Positions 1 through 11,419 of a stretch of DNA of 64,000 bases are shown piece by piece (within the stretch, counting starts at the first letter, position 1; each line of letters starts with the position of its first letter). Under the pieces are notes generated by a model. That model did no database searches and was not told the DNA's origin. It saw only the letters and a program-made list of their open reading frames with translations. Made by a program: the position numbers and the translations under genes. This DNA comes from Sphaerodactylus townsendi. Taxonomy: Eukaryota. The stretch spans positions 45,508,001 through 45,572,000 of the forward strand of contig NC_059427.1 in NCBI RefSeq assembly GCF_021028975.2, read 5' to 3'.

Positions 1-3000
1 ATGTAACCATTCAGGCATAAAATTGCCTAAATGGAAGCTTGCTTGCCTTGACTTTTCAGTTAAAGTAGCCGGTTTGTCATCAGTGTTGAAAAATTAAGGT
101 TGACAGCTCCCTCCCACCCTTCGTTGAAAGATCCATCTTCAATTATATGAATTATCCTTTGTCTCCTCTCCTCCTCTCATGCCATCTTTGCACCAATCAG
201 CAATTAGAGGCATCTATGTCAATAGGACAGGAGGCACTGTACATGTGTAGCACCAATAGAAAAATATTAATGTTAGAAGTGCTTTTAGTAAATACATGGC
301 AGCCTTGCACAAACTTGTGCAGGAGGTAGGATTCTGCAGCCATGTTCTTTGAATCCAGGAAATAAACACATTTAAATGGCACCATGTGGCTCCAAGTTTT
401 ATTATTTCTCACAGATGCCCAAGTTCTTTAGTAGAATGAAATATGCATGAGTATGCTTTAAAAGTGTGTACAACACCAATATATTACTTCCTTTCTGTAC
501 AGGAGAAATTTTATTGCATCTTTGCATCTGAATCTTTCTAAAACTGGCTAGCCAACCACTGTTCTACTGCTCTGGGAAAAAAAGAGGTTTTATTGAGATA
601 AAGTATCTCCTTGGTACTATGGGAAGACAGCTGTATTTGTGATTCATTACCATCATTTTCATCTTGTAATATGTTGTTTTCAGGGAACAATGTCCATTGA
701 AAACAGAAATCTATGATTTGATAAAAAGATGCAATTGACAAACTGAAAGGAATATAATTGATTAAATTGGTACCTTCGGAGAACTATGACTTTGCTCTCC
801 CTTCCACAGTGTGACCAAATATAAATCTCATTTCAAACTGAGTCTCACTAACACTGAGATATATGCCTTGCCCATTCTTTGAAGTTCCTTTGAACTGACT
901 AGCAGGATTTAGACAGAGTGTGCATCCATGCAGAGCCACCTGGAAACCAGCAGGATCCACTCATCTCTGAGGGAGGGCCGGCAGGGAGGAGGCAGGGAGG
1001 AGGCAGCAACCTCAACTATACCTTCAGAAAATAGTCACGTCAAGGGCCAAAATTCCATCCCCCTAGTCAGATCACAGAAAGCTGCTCAGTGCAGAAAAGA
1101 AGGTCCAGCATATGTCCTTTTTCATGTGTTGAGCCCATTATAATCCAAGGCAATGAACTGCCTCACAGTCAGCCAGCAAACCTAGCGGGAAGAATGAAGA
1201 TTTACTCCACTGCATTGGCTTGTTTTCAATTCCTGCAAGCGGAGTGGACATGGACATGAATATATTTATGTTTATTGACCTAGCATCCATGGCAAGGGTA
1301 AGGTAAGGCACTGCTTCTCCCACTACACATGTCCATAAGGGCAAGTTGGAAGACCAAAGAGGGCGGGCAAGACAGGAAAGGGACTAATGGTCGGTATGTG
1401 CTGCTTCCCTCCAGCACCCCTCTGCCGGCCAACACCCACCTTAGAAAACATCTAATGACAGTGTGCGGCCTCTCCCAACATCCCTGTAAACATGATGGTC
1501 CCCACTTCACCACACCCACACATGTGTGGGACATCACCACCAAAAATATTCTCTGCACAAGTGTGAAACAAGAACGTCCCCCAGAAAGTTGAGCAGTGTG
1601 AGGCAAGCCTTTTCCTCCCCTCCTTTTTTGCCCAATTTTTGCTTTACTGTCTTCCTCTTAAAAGGAAAAGGAGGAAAACTTGTGCAGAGGAGAACATCAT
1701 TTGTGCCTAAGGAAAGTAAGAAAGGGTGTGGCAGTTCCTGAGTGGAGCCCCCCTCCTCTTTGTAAAGAAGGCAGGCAAGGGGGTCTAGCTTTGGAGGAGC
1801 AGTTCCAAGGGGGTTCTTTAGCTCAAGAGAGAGAATACATAAAGGCACAGTGACCATAAGGATCAAACAAAGTTGGGCTGACAGGTGATGTTAAGCCTGT
1901 CTTCCTTACCTTTTCCTCTTTGTTCCTGCCCCTCTCCTCCCATTTCCCATCTTCTCTAGAGGTAGGAGACTAAGAAGCTTCCCTGTCTTGGTTCAGGCGG
2001 GTCTTTATGAGTAAATCACTTCTCAGAGGTCAAGAGAAAAGCTGCTGACAGCAGAAGTCTTAGCTCCAGTGAGGAGGTTCATTCTGTACCCAGGGAGCTG
2101 CTGAAATTAATTTTGTCCTGCACAGTGCCACCTGGGGCTTCAACTTGCTGCACTGGCAGGATGGCAGCAGCCTCCACCAGGCACCCTCTTCTCTGCCAGC
2201 TCCTTGTTATACTTGCCAGCACAGATGCTGCCTGAGCTTTGTGGTGGAAGGTTGAGGCAGGCAGGCCAGGTGTACTAGGATGATGGCAGCAGCCCAGGAC
2301 TGCTGCTTGCACGGCCGCTGCCTGGGGAAAGGCAGAATCAGGCAGATAGTAACATAATTAGGAGGAGTGTGAGGGGGCTGGAGCCCCAAACACCACTTAG
2401 GCAGGTCATGTGGAGGGTGCATTGCCAAGCCAAACACCCCCCCCCCCACCCGCGTCCCTTGCCTTGCCTGGGTCCAGCTTTAAACTGCCTCGATCCAAGC
2501 CATGCTGAGACCAGGATCAAACTGAGCAGTTGGGCTGACCGGCTCCAGCTTTATACTTCTAGCTCTGTCTCCCCAAGCTCTGTAGTTTAAAGCTGGACTT
2601 GCCCAGCCCAGCCTCAAACTGCCCCATTCCAAACTTCATGTGGAGTTTGGGTCGGGGCGAGCTTGCACTAGTCAGCTCAGTATCCAACTGCTCCCCTGCT
2701 CCTGAACTCCATGTGGAGTATGGGTGGGGGTGCAGTTGCCAGGAGGTGGGCACCAGAACCCCCACTTTACCTGCCCAAGTGGCACTGGGGCAAGGCAAGC
2801 CATTGTGCTTGCTCCAGGTGCCATTTTAGGCACTTACGCCCCTGCAGGCAGGTGGCCTCCTTCAGGCACCTCCCTTTTTCTCCCCAGGCAGTGTTGTCTC
2901 CTGGGGCTGCTGCTTGCCATATGCAGGCCACAACTGGGCTGAGCACTGAAGCTGTTGGGAGGGCCAGTGCCCAAGGACATTGGGATGGTCTTACACTGGA

Positions 3001-4013
3001 ATAACACTGGACGGACTGCAATCCAGGAAAGGCATTGTCACAAAGCCCCCATTTCCACCAGTCACCAATCTTATGTTTAAAAGTTTACTTCCTAATCCTC
3101 CAGGAAACACTCAACTCTCCCTGCCTCTCACTTTATAAAAAATCATTGTTGGTATGAGCTGCCACCAGCCAAAGGAATTCTCCCGAACCTGGCGCCTTTT
3201 GCAAGCCAGAAAATCAATGTGTTTGCATGTGCTGTATGACAAACAGAAACAGATATGTGTAGGCTACTCCCCTGATCCAATCCTTCTCCGTCTCTGTGAG
3301 ACAGTCCTTTGCAGCAAAGGTGAAGCTGGCCAGAACAACCCAGATGTCTTAGCATTGCGAATCATGATTTTCTGAGTAGCCTTCAGAAAACATCCAAATA
3401 TAACGAGGAAAAAAAACCCTTTCCAATTCCTGGAAAGCTAATTCAAATTTATAGGCACAGGCTCAGAATTTTCCTCTGAGCCTGTTCTTTTCTAGTCATG
3501 GCAAAGGTATGGAAAAAAGGTTAGCGAGCCAAATGGGAAATCAGTGACAATCCATCACTTTGACAGTTTAGCCAAATGGTAGAAATTGGGTTGGAATTCA
3601 GTTTCCTTTCCCAGTTCAATCTGATTTCCTAGGATGTAACAGTATTTAACTGCTATTCCAACAGCACATTTATCCTTTCGTAACAATTACTTCTATGCCA
3701 AATAGAAAAAGGAAAGGATAGCTTTGTTAACCTGACATAAAGACACTTCCCATAATGCTCTAAAATGAAATTACAAATAAAGCAGGTAATCTGATATGCT
3801 TCCACATGGCCTATTTCGATTTTATGTCTATCAAGGTACTTTATCAGTATATTTCTTGCGCTGTCAAACACACAGAGACATATTCCCCTGCAGAACAGCC
3901 ATATGTTAGTCCAGGATAATTTGATTAGGAAGAAAATGCACGCTGATGTTCTCCATGCAAATCTCAGTAGCTTCTTTTAGACTCAATTTTACGCTGCTTG
4001 TTTCTGCACTCAC

Positions 4014-4093
4014 CATCATCGCTGGTGTGCGGCTCTGTGCCGTTGTCATGGTCTGCTTCATCAATGGCGCCTGGCTCACTGTGTGGGCTGTCA
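4014..4093 (-). CDS. SRGAP3: SRGAP3 exon L (80 nt), acidic linker between RhoGAP and SH3: (C)DSPHSEPGAIDEADHDNGTEPHTSDD(E)
   Basis: Acceptor TTCCAG at 4095-4094, donor G|GTGAGT at 4013-4012; phase fits upstream exon K; peptide matches recalled vertebrate SRGAP3. Confidence 0.95.
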
Positions 4094-4184
4094 CTGGAAC
4101 AAAAATGTGGCAAATATACATGAATATTAAAAGGAGGGAGAGCAAGAGGCCAATTCAATGCTACTCAGAAAACATAGGTAACTT

Positions 4185-4445
4185 GGGCTGATTACCCACT
4201 GCATGCTGTTCCCCGCCCTCTCCCTGCTCTGGCGCAAAAGGTCGCGCCAGAAATGCTCTTGCTTTTCCCATAGAAAGCAAGAAACATGTGCGGGGCTAGA
4301 GAAAGCATGTCAGGACAAGAAATCTTGCCCTGACACGCCTCCTCTCTTAGCGCAACCCAAAGAGGAAATGCGTTGGGACAAGATTTCTTGCCCCCATGCA
4401 CTTACAGTCCGACTGTGCGCCAGAGAACCAGTGGGTAATCGGCCC
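4185..4445. mobile_element. Non-autonomous DNA transposon (PIF/Harbinger-like MITE)
   Basis: 17-bp TIRs GGGCTGATTACCCACTG and CAGTGGGTAATCGGCCC (1 mismatch); internal hairpins; right flank TAA; left TSD degenerate. Confidence 0.6.
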
Positions 4446-6417
4446 TAAAGTTATTCTGAATTTGCTCTCAGTACTGCAGGTTTTTAGAGTATTGTCCATA
4501 CAACTCACAATTTTAACAACTTAAATCTCAAACTGAAAACTCAACCTGTTCAAAAGAGATTAGACAACTACACAAACACAACTTTGCACACATGTCGGGT
4601 GCAATAACTTGACATCTATTCTGTTACAGTATTAGAAAGAAAACCCAAGATTAGTTCCAAACATTTCAATTTTAATCGCTTCTCATTTTGTATTTAAGCT
4701 CATTAGAAAGGTCTTTGTAACCACCAGATTTTTATCCAAAGCTGCATTTGAAAATGTAAAAAGAGAAACCAACCCCCTCTCCAACCTAAACCCGTTGTTT
4801 GGGACTTGTTCATGATTATTTCCCTGTAGTATATGTCTGAAAAGAACAATGCTTCTCTCTAGAAATAAACAATGCAGACACATTTTCCAGATCTAGAGTA
4901 TTAATTTCACAGCAGACTGTGCCAAGAAGAAGGAAGAAACTTGAACCCATTTTTTTTTATTTGGGCTGAAATATAAGTTTATAATGATGGAAATGTTCAA
5001 CTATTTCCTGTTCGCTGCTTTGCTGTTTGACTTATGAATCAGTAGGGCCAGTCTGTTGGTTACACTTTGAGGTTTAGTGGAAACTCCTTCTGGCTGGTGT
5101 ATTTTATTAAGCCCACCGTAAAGAGATACCCAAGAGTTTTGTTCTTAGATTACAGTGCCCCCAGAGAGTTCTCTCGAAAAATCAGTTGCTTGCCTGGTGG
5201 GCAGGAGACACGCAAGTCAAGCTGTCATCATGTCCATCACCTTCTGCTCCCACTGCCACCAGCCACACCTAGTCCTTTCCCTCCTACAAGTCTTTTTACA
5301 AAGCCAGCCACCGCGTCCCAACTCTTCACAGCAGTTATTTTAAGGAGGAAAGGAAAAGGAGTCTGGGTACCCTATGACTACTACAAGTGGCTCACTCTGC
5401 TCTTACACTTTGGGCCAAATACGTTTTCCTCCTTGCCAAAAGTCTGCAGCCAATTCAAATGTTACGCCAACTGACTCAATAGAGGAAACATTTATACCTG
5501 GCCCTGCCAGTAGAAATACGGAGAAACTGTTGGTGTGTAAAACTAAATAATGATTCCTACAATTTTTTATTTGCTTCCTCTTGTGTTACATGATACTTAA
5601 ATTCATTACTACTGCTGTTTCCTCAAACTCTGAATGATAAGACTTAAATTCATTACTACTGCTGAAACGATCATTAAAAAGAGTAATCCTGTTGTTGCTT
5701 TTCTTTTAATGTATATTTGTTGGCCTCAGGTTTGTATCCAGCAATGACAGAATCAGCAGTAAAACATGGTGCAGTCTAATCAAGTGAACTCTCCATCGGT
5801 CACTCATTCTAATAAACTATTTCTCTTATCACTTGCATGGGGAAAATAAACCTCCATTGATAGGTTGTATTTTGGGTTAAGTTAAATCTGCTTCATACCT
5901 TTAAAAAAGTCAACGTTCCCCGGATGCACAAACAAACTGCAACCTGTGCATTCGGAATGGTACAAATATGTTGATCTGACAAAAATTGTTCAAGTTTGCA
6001 TTAGTGGACATATAATCTGTGGGCCTTTCTGCTACTTGTATCTTTGCAAGCAACCTACATCATGGATATGTCGTGACCATAAAAAGAGAAAGGGAGAACA
6101 ATGACTGCTGCCCTAAGCTTCTTGGAGGAGGGGTGAAATAAAACTGCTCACAATATTAGGGGTTGCCAACATACAGGGTCATATTGCTTAAGTTCAGCAG
6201 ACAAATCAGGTTGTACCCATCTAACCTTACACATTCATGGAAGTGTCAAATAGGAAGCTTATTTTCCTAGCCAGATGATTAATAGTAAATTCATTTTAAA
6301 AATACTACACACTAAAATATATTACATGCCAATAGTCTATGTACTTAAATAAGGTATGTTATCTACTAGAGAAAGGCCAAAGATTATATTTTGCCCCAGG
6401 TTAATTCCCTGCAGTCT

Positions 6418-6698
6418 AAGAAGAGTTTGGATTTATACCCCACTTTTCTCAACTGTAAGGAATCTCAAAAAACCTTACACATTCCTTTTCTTCCTCTCCC
6501 CACAATGGACACCTTGTGAGGTAGGTGGGGTTGAAAGAGTTCTGAGAGAACTGTGACTAGCTCAAGGTCACCCAACAGCGTTCTTGTGGGGGAGCACAGA
6601 AACAAACGTGGTTCACTAGATTATAGTCCATTGCTCATGTGGAGGAATGGCAAATCAAATCTGGTTCTCCAGATTACAGTCCACCATTCTTAACCACT
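6418..6698 (-). mobile_element. tRNA-derived Squam3/MIR(Ther1)-type SINE with a duplicated head segment
   Basis: Minus strand reads AGTGGTTAAG (box A-like) ... GGGTGACCTTGAGCTAGTCAC (CORE-like) ... GGGGTATAAATCCAAACTCTTCTT tail; ~53-nt internal duplication. Confidence 0.7.
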
Positions 6699-6822
6699 CA
6701 GGGCTTGATGCGAAAGGTCCTCTAAGTTACATGAAGGTTTGGAGTCTCCTCTATCTTACTTTCTCCAAACTGCTATAGAGTCAGACCCTGTCTTTCCCCT
6801 AAGTCCTTTGCTCATACTAGAG

Positions 6823-6970
6823 CAGGGGTAGGGAACCTGCGGCTCTCCAGATGTTCAGGAACTACAATTCCCATCAGCCCCTACCAGCATGGCCAATTGG
6901 CCATGCTGACAGAGGCTGATGGGAATTGTAGTTCCTGAACATCTGGAGAGCCGCAGGTTCCCTACCCCTG
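6823..6970. mobile_element. 148-bp palindromic hAT-type MITE, copy 1
   Basis: Ends CAGGGGTAGGGAACC and GGTTCCCTACCCCTG; exact 8-bp TSD TACTAGAG (6815-6822, 6971-6978); arms differ at 3 positions. Confidence 0.93.
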
Positions 6971-7329
6971 TACTAGAGGATCTGGAGGGTAGAAAGAGTG
7001 TTTGTAGTATACAAGATACGTAAGCTCAAATATTTGCAGCCCACAGGTTGCTGAGCTTCCAAAAGAAACAACCGGCATTATTTCAAACTGTCAAAATTAT
7101 TTCAAACCATGAAACATGACAGAAACAATTCTCTTTACTACATGCATCCATGGATCCTAAACAACAACCTAGCCCATTTAGGTCACAGCAGTATACCTAT
7201 AACATACTTTGAATTTCATCTCAACTGACAACAAAACATAAGATACCTTAGTGGAGTATTTCTTGTTTAATTTTTAAAAATCGTTAAACCATCAAGATGT
7301 TAAAAGGCACACATTTCCATGTTCCTTAC

Positions 7330-7557
7330 CAGTATTCTTCCCCGCCAGTCATGCATTTCTCATAGACAGGTCCTTCTAGCTCCCTGAGGTTGGGGAAAAT
7401 GGCCTCGTGGTTTATTATGATGGTTTTGATGACCTCATTGACGTGAGCCTGGCAGGACACTGGATCCTGTCCATCTGGAATGTGCATTAAAGTCGGTCCA
7501 AAGCAGATGGCCAGGTTGTAGGGATCCATCATGTTCTCATCACTGTATTGCGACAAG
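7330..7557 (-). CDS. SRGAP3: SRGAP3 exon K (228 nt), C-terminal RhoGAP domain
   Basis: LSQYSDENMMDPYNLAICFGPTLM...GGEEY contains the RhoGAP NxM/NLAICFGP motif; TTGCAG acceptor, GTAAG donor. Confidence 0.97.
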
Positions 7558-7745
7558 CTGCAAATACAAGCAACCCACAGCTACGCCACCAAATCATCAA
7601 CTGTTAACACAAACAGCCCTCTACAGGCAGTCAAGATACACAAACACTCCTCTGCCCAAGCGCTGGATATGAACGAGAGAGAGCACTGAGCAGGGAAGGG
7701 AATTTTCAATTCAGTCAAAAATAAGAAGCAAGTGACTCGACTCAC

Positions 7746-7851
7746 TGGTTGAGGAAAGCAAAGAGATATCTCATGACAATGATGACGGCTCGTGGCAAGG
7801 TAATAATGATTTGCTGGACCTGATGCACTCTTTCTGCAAGATTTTCAATTT
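7746..7851 (-). CDS. SRGAP3: SRGAP3 exon J (106 nt), RhoGAP domain
   Basis: (K)IENLAERVHQVQQIIITLPRAVIIVMRYLFAFLN(H); TTACAG acceptor, GTGAGT donor; phases consistent. Confidence 0.96.
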
Positions 7852-9091
7852 CTGTAATATAAGAATTTACAGTAGCCCATTAAGGTTCAAAATCTGACCC
7901 AGACCATTAACGGGCCAGTTCTCAGGCATTTGTTGGCGGCACATTCCCTACAAATCCCAAAGAACTGTCCGAATAAGCCACTGGTACAATATTATATTCT
8001 TCTATCATTTGCTGTTAGTGGGACAGCCTCTTTTTTCTGCTCACTAGGTCAGATCCAGTGATCTGCTGTGGAAAGCCCTAATGACCGCGGGTCTTCCCAG
8101 CTCTCCTCTCCCACCAAAAACCACTTCTGACCCTCAGAAAACTTTATTTCCAAGATCATTGGAACCATGTAGAGTAATAGCCATACAGGTCAGGAGGCTG
8201 CACTGGGGATGGGAGTTCTGTCACAGCAGAGGTCTGATTATGCAACCGGCAAAAAGGAGCAGTTTCTCTCTCACACAACCTTCCCCCCGCCCCAACACAC
8301 ACACACTGCAGATTGATGACTCACATAGGTATTGAGTCACACAGGTCCTTTGACCCCAAAAATAAACTTTCCAAGGATCAGAAATGGTTGCTTTAGGGCA
8401 GGCAGAACCAAGATGATCACAGATTCTTGCTTGCAATGCACCCAATGCACCAGGAGGAATACATGGATATTTATGTGGTAGTATTCTGCCCATGTTAAAA
8501 AAAATGAGGTTTGGTATATGTTTACATCATTATCCTATTTTCTAGGGATATGGGAAGGTGGAGGGAAAGAACATTAGGCATATACATTTGTAAACAAATC
8601 TTCCCAATATGGCTGCAACCCCTCCAAGGTGTATTTAACAGAAAGTTCAAGAGGAAGAGAAAGGGAGAGGGAGAGCTAGAGAGCTAAGTGGTAACAAGTG
8701 TAGACAGAACAGAGAGGGAGAGAGAGAGAGGAGGTGAGTGAGGGAATAGGAGGCTGACCTGACCCAGCCCCAGCATCAGTCTGTGGGGACAACCCCAGGG
8801 CATGGCAGATGTGAGGCCCAGGTTTTCAGAATAGTTGCATGAGACCTGGCCATAGTATGGGCAGACCACCACTCATGAAGGAAAGGAAGGACAACTAAAG
8901 ACCCCAACCCGGGGTTGGCATAAGGGCGTTCCACACAAGGCAAATCAAATCAGCTTTCTTTGTGCTGCAGTTCAAGCTTCAGCTTGAGCTCTGTTAAACC
9001 TTTCTTCCTTCTTAGCTGTATCAATAACTGCATACTTTAGCTCTGGCCTTTTTCTTTAATAAGAGAAGGACAGCAGCTTGGATGTGAGGGC

Positions 9092-9352
9092 CAGAGGTGT
9101 AGGTGCCACAGAACCGGGGGGGGGGGGTGCGCCCAGGGCGTGCACCATTGGGGTCATGTGGGGGATGAAAAATCACCCTCACACCCTTCCCCAACCCTGC
9201 CAGGCCTGGCAGAAGTCCAGAGCAGCCTGGAGTTCAGCCGGCTGCAAAGAGCAGCCAGCTGAACTAAGGTAAGTGGGGGGTGCAGGTTGCCATTGGGGGG
9301 GCGTCACAGGGGGTACGGGGCCCAGGTGCCATTTTGCCCCCCTACACCACTG
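9092..9352. mobile_element. Non-autonomous hAT element (261 bp)
   Basis: TIRs CAGAGGTGTAGG and CCTACACCACTG (1 mismatch); exact 8-bp TSD GTGAGGGC (9084-9091, 9353-9360). Confidence 0.8.
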
Positions 9353-9775
9353 GTGAGGGCACTCAAAAATGGTTTGCCGTGATATTTAAGCCACAATAGG
9401 CATAATAAGCATTTCTCACACTAGAAATAACATCAAACAAGTAAAGACATACTATAATTTGTACACTCAAGATGAAGAACAGAATGCAAAGTGAGATTTT
9501 AAAAAGCTCACCTAATTCAAGATGTCTAGACATGGGTTCCAAAACTCTGACCGTTCGGGTGTATCATCAAACAGTACACATATGCACAAAACCTGGCATC
9601 TTACATACCTACATTTGCCTGTGATTGTGTTTGTGCTCAGCATCATGCCAAACATATGATGCAATGCGACTGAGGCATAATACACATAAAAAGAGCCTAG
9701 AGTTTAAAAATTGGAGTTTAAAAATACAATGAAATGCTCAGCACAAAGGCCTGCTTTATCACTGATGGTACTTAC

Positions 9776-9910
9776 TTATAGTAGAAATCAAGTCTTGAAA
9801 CCTTTCCTTAGGAAAGAGTGGATCTTCCAAACCCCGGAAATATAGCTTTAACACCCCAGCAACAGAATTAATGTCACGTTCATTTTGATCATCTGCAAGG
9901 GGGTCCTCAC
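9776..9910 (-). CDS. SRGAP3: SRGAP3 exon I (135 nt), RhoGAP domain
   Basis: (G)EDPLADDQNERDINSVAGVLKLYFRGLEDPLFPKERFQDLISTI(K) contains the RhoGAP KLYFR-LxxPL motif; TTTCAG acceptor, GTAAG donor. Confidence 0.97.
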
Positions 9911-10432
9911 CTGAAAAGACAAAAGCTTTTCTTATACCGCTGGGTTCTTCTTCAAGATTAGACAAGAAACTCTTATAGAAATTAAGCCTGAAGTGACTAA
10001 AATAGCAGCCTTCATTATGGCAATACAGTCATTTATTTCAGCCACTCACCTAACACAGAACATTATTTTAAATAGCACCATACTGGGCTGTATGATATTA
10101 AAAAAAACCTATGAACAGTAGCATTTTAAGTACCTGTCACAGTGAGAATTGTAAATCTCTGAAGGTGTATCACTACTGCCATTTCATATTTATTCCAGTG
10201 TTTTCATTTCAAAAACAATTCAAATACGTCTGCTTGTCTTGTAATACAAGAAAGCATCATCAATAAGTGTATCATTTGCAGCATCTATTTCTGATGCTCA
10301 AGGCTGATCCATGGCAGTTCGTTACATGATTAACATATTAAGTTTGGGGGTAAACCAGTGGTCAGAAATGTCTCAAGGTCATCTAATGAACATATATTTT
10401 ACCAAGGTCATCTTCGGCTGTAATATTGAGTA

Positions 10433-11372
10433 CCGTATATACTCATGTATAAGTCGAATTTTTCAGCACATTTTTAATGCTGAAAAAGCTCCCCTCGACT
10501 TATATGCGGGTCATTAAAATTTTGTGTGTGTTTTTAATTTGCCGGCCAGCAGGGGCGCAGTTTTTATGCTAGCGACACCAAATTTTCAGGGTACCCTCAG
10601 AAGACATGCCTGATGATACCAGCCAGGTTTGGTAAAGTTTGGTTCAGGGGGTCCAAAGTTATGGACCCCCAAAAGGGATAGTGACCCATTCCGCCATTGT
10701 TTTCAATGGGAGCTTATTAGTAGATGGGGTTACCCTTTTGAGGGTCCACATGGAATCTTTGGACCCTCTGAACGACCAATTACTTCACCAAACCTGGCTG
10801 GTATCCAGGCTATGGAGAGTCTCTTTTAAGATACGCCAGCCAGGTTTTGGTGAAGTTTGGGTCAGGGGATCCAAAGTTATTGATCCCTGTGTTGGTGCAC
10901 CATCCCCCATTGTTTACAAAATGGTTTTCTTACAGTAGATTTTCCATTTCTGATGGCCATCCCTCCAAAATCTAAGTTGAGTTACATTTGGACATACAGG
11001 ATGATGATGAGGAATCTAGCCTTGAAGTGATTTTAACTCTTGTGTTTTAGCTTGATTGCTGATTGAGCTAAGGTTTTTGTACTTTTAAAGTTATTGTTGA
11101 TACCATATTGTTCTTGTTGACCCTCTTTTCCATTTACAGAGCCAGTTTACTGTTTCCTTTTCTTTGAAATAAATATTCAAAAACATTTAACCTACTGATA
11201 CCTCAATTGATGTAATTTTATTGGTATCTATTTTTATTTTTGAAATTTACCAGCAGCTGCTGCATTTCCCACCCTCGACTTATACGCGAGTCAATAAGTT
11301 TTCCCAGCTTTTTGTGGTAAAATTAGGTACCTCAACTTATATGCGGGTCGACTTATACACGAGTATATACGG
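10433..11372. mobile_element. Non-autonomous Tc1/mariner-superfamily element (Tc2/pogo-like), 940 bp
   Basis: 25-bp TIRs CCGTATATACTC(A/G)TGTATAAGTCGA (1 mismatch); TA on both flanks; subterminal TCGACTTATA repeats; no transposase ORF. Confidence 0.85.
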
Positions 11373-11419
11373 TATATGTGTTGAAATTCCAATCTCACAC
11401 TAGCAAAGGAGCACAGTGT

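Noticed and set aside
2050-3000. GC-rich block with many overlapping ORFs
   Set aside because: Shares motifs with decayed repeats at 21790-21960 and 30140-30300, so probably old transposon debris. I could not define matching TIRs and TSD.
1-4013. Next SRGAP3 exon (SH3 domain) and the short ORFs in this interval
   Set aside because: No AKFDY...WWEG-like coding sequence found by eye, so the exon is probably outside the window. The ORFs are short, overlap in several frames and have no recognisable motifs.
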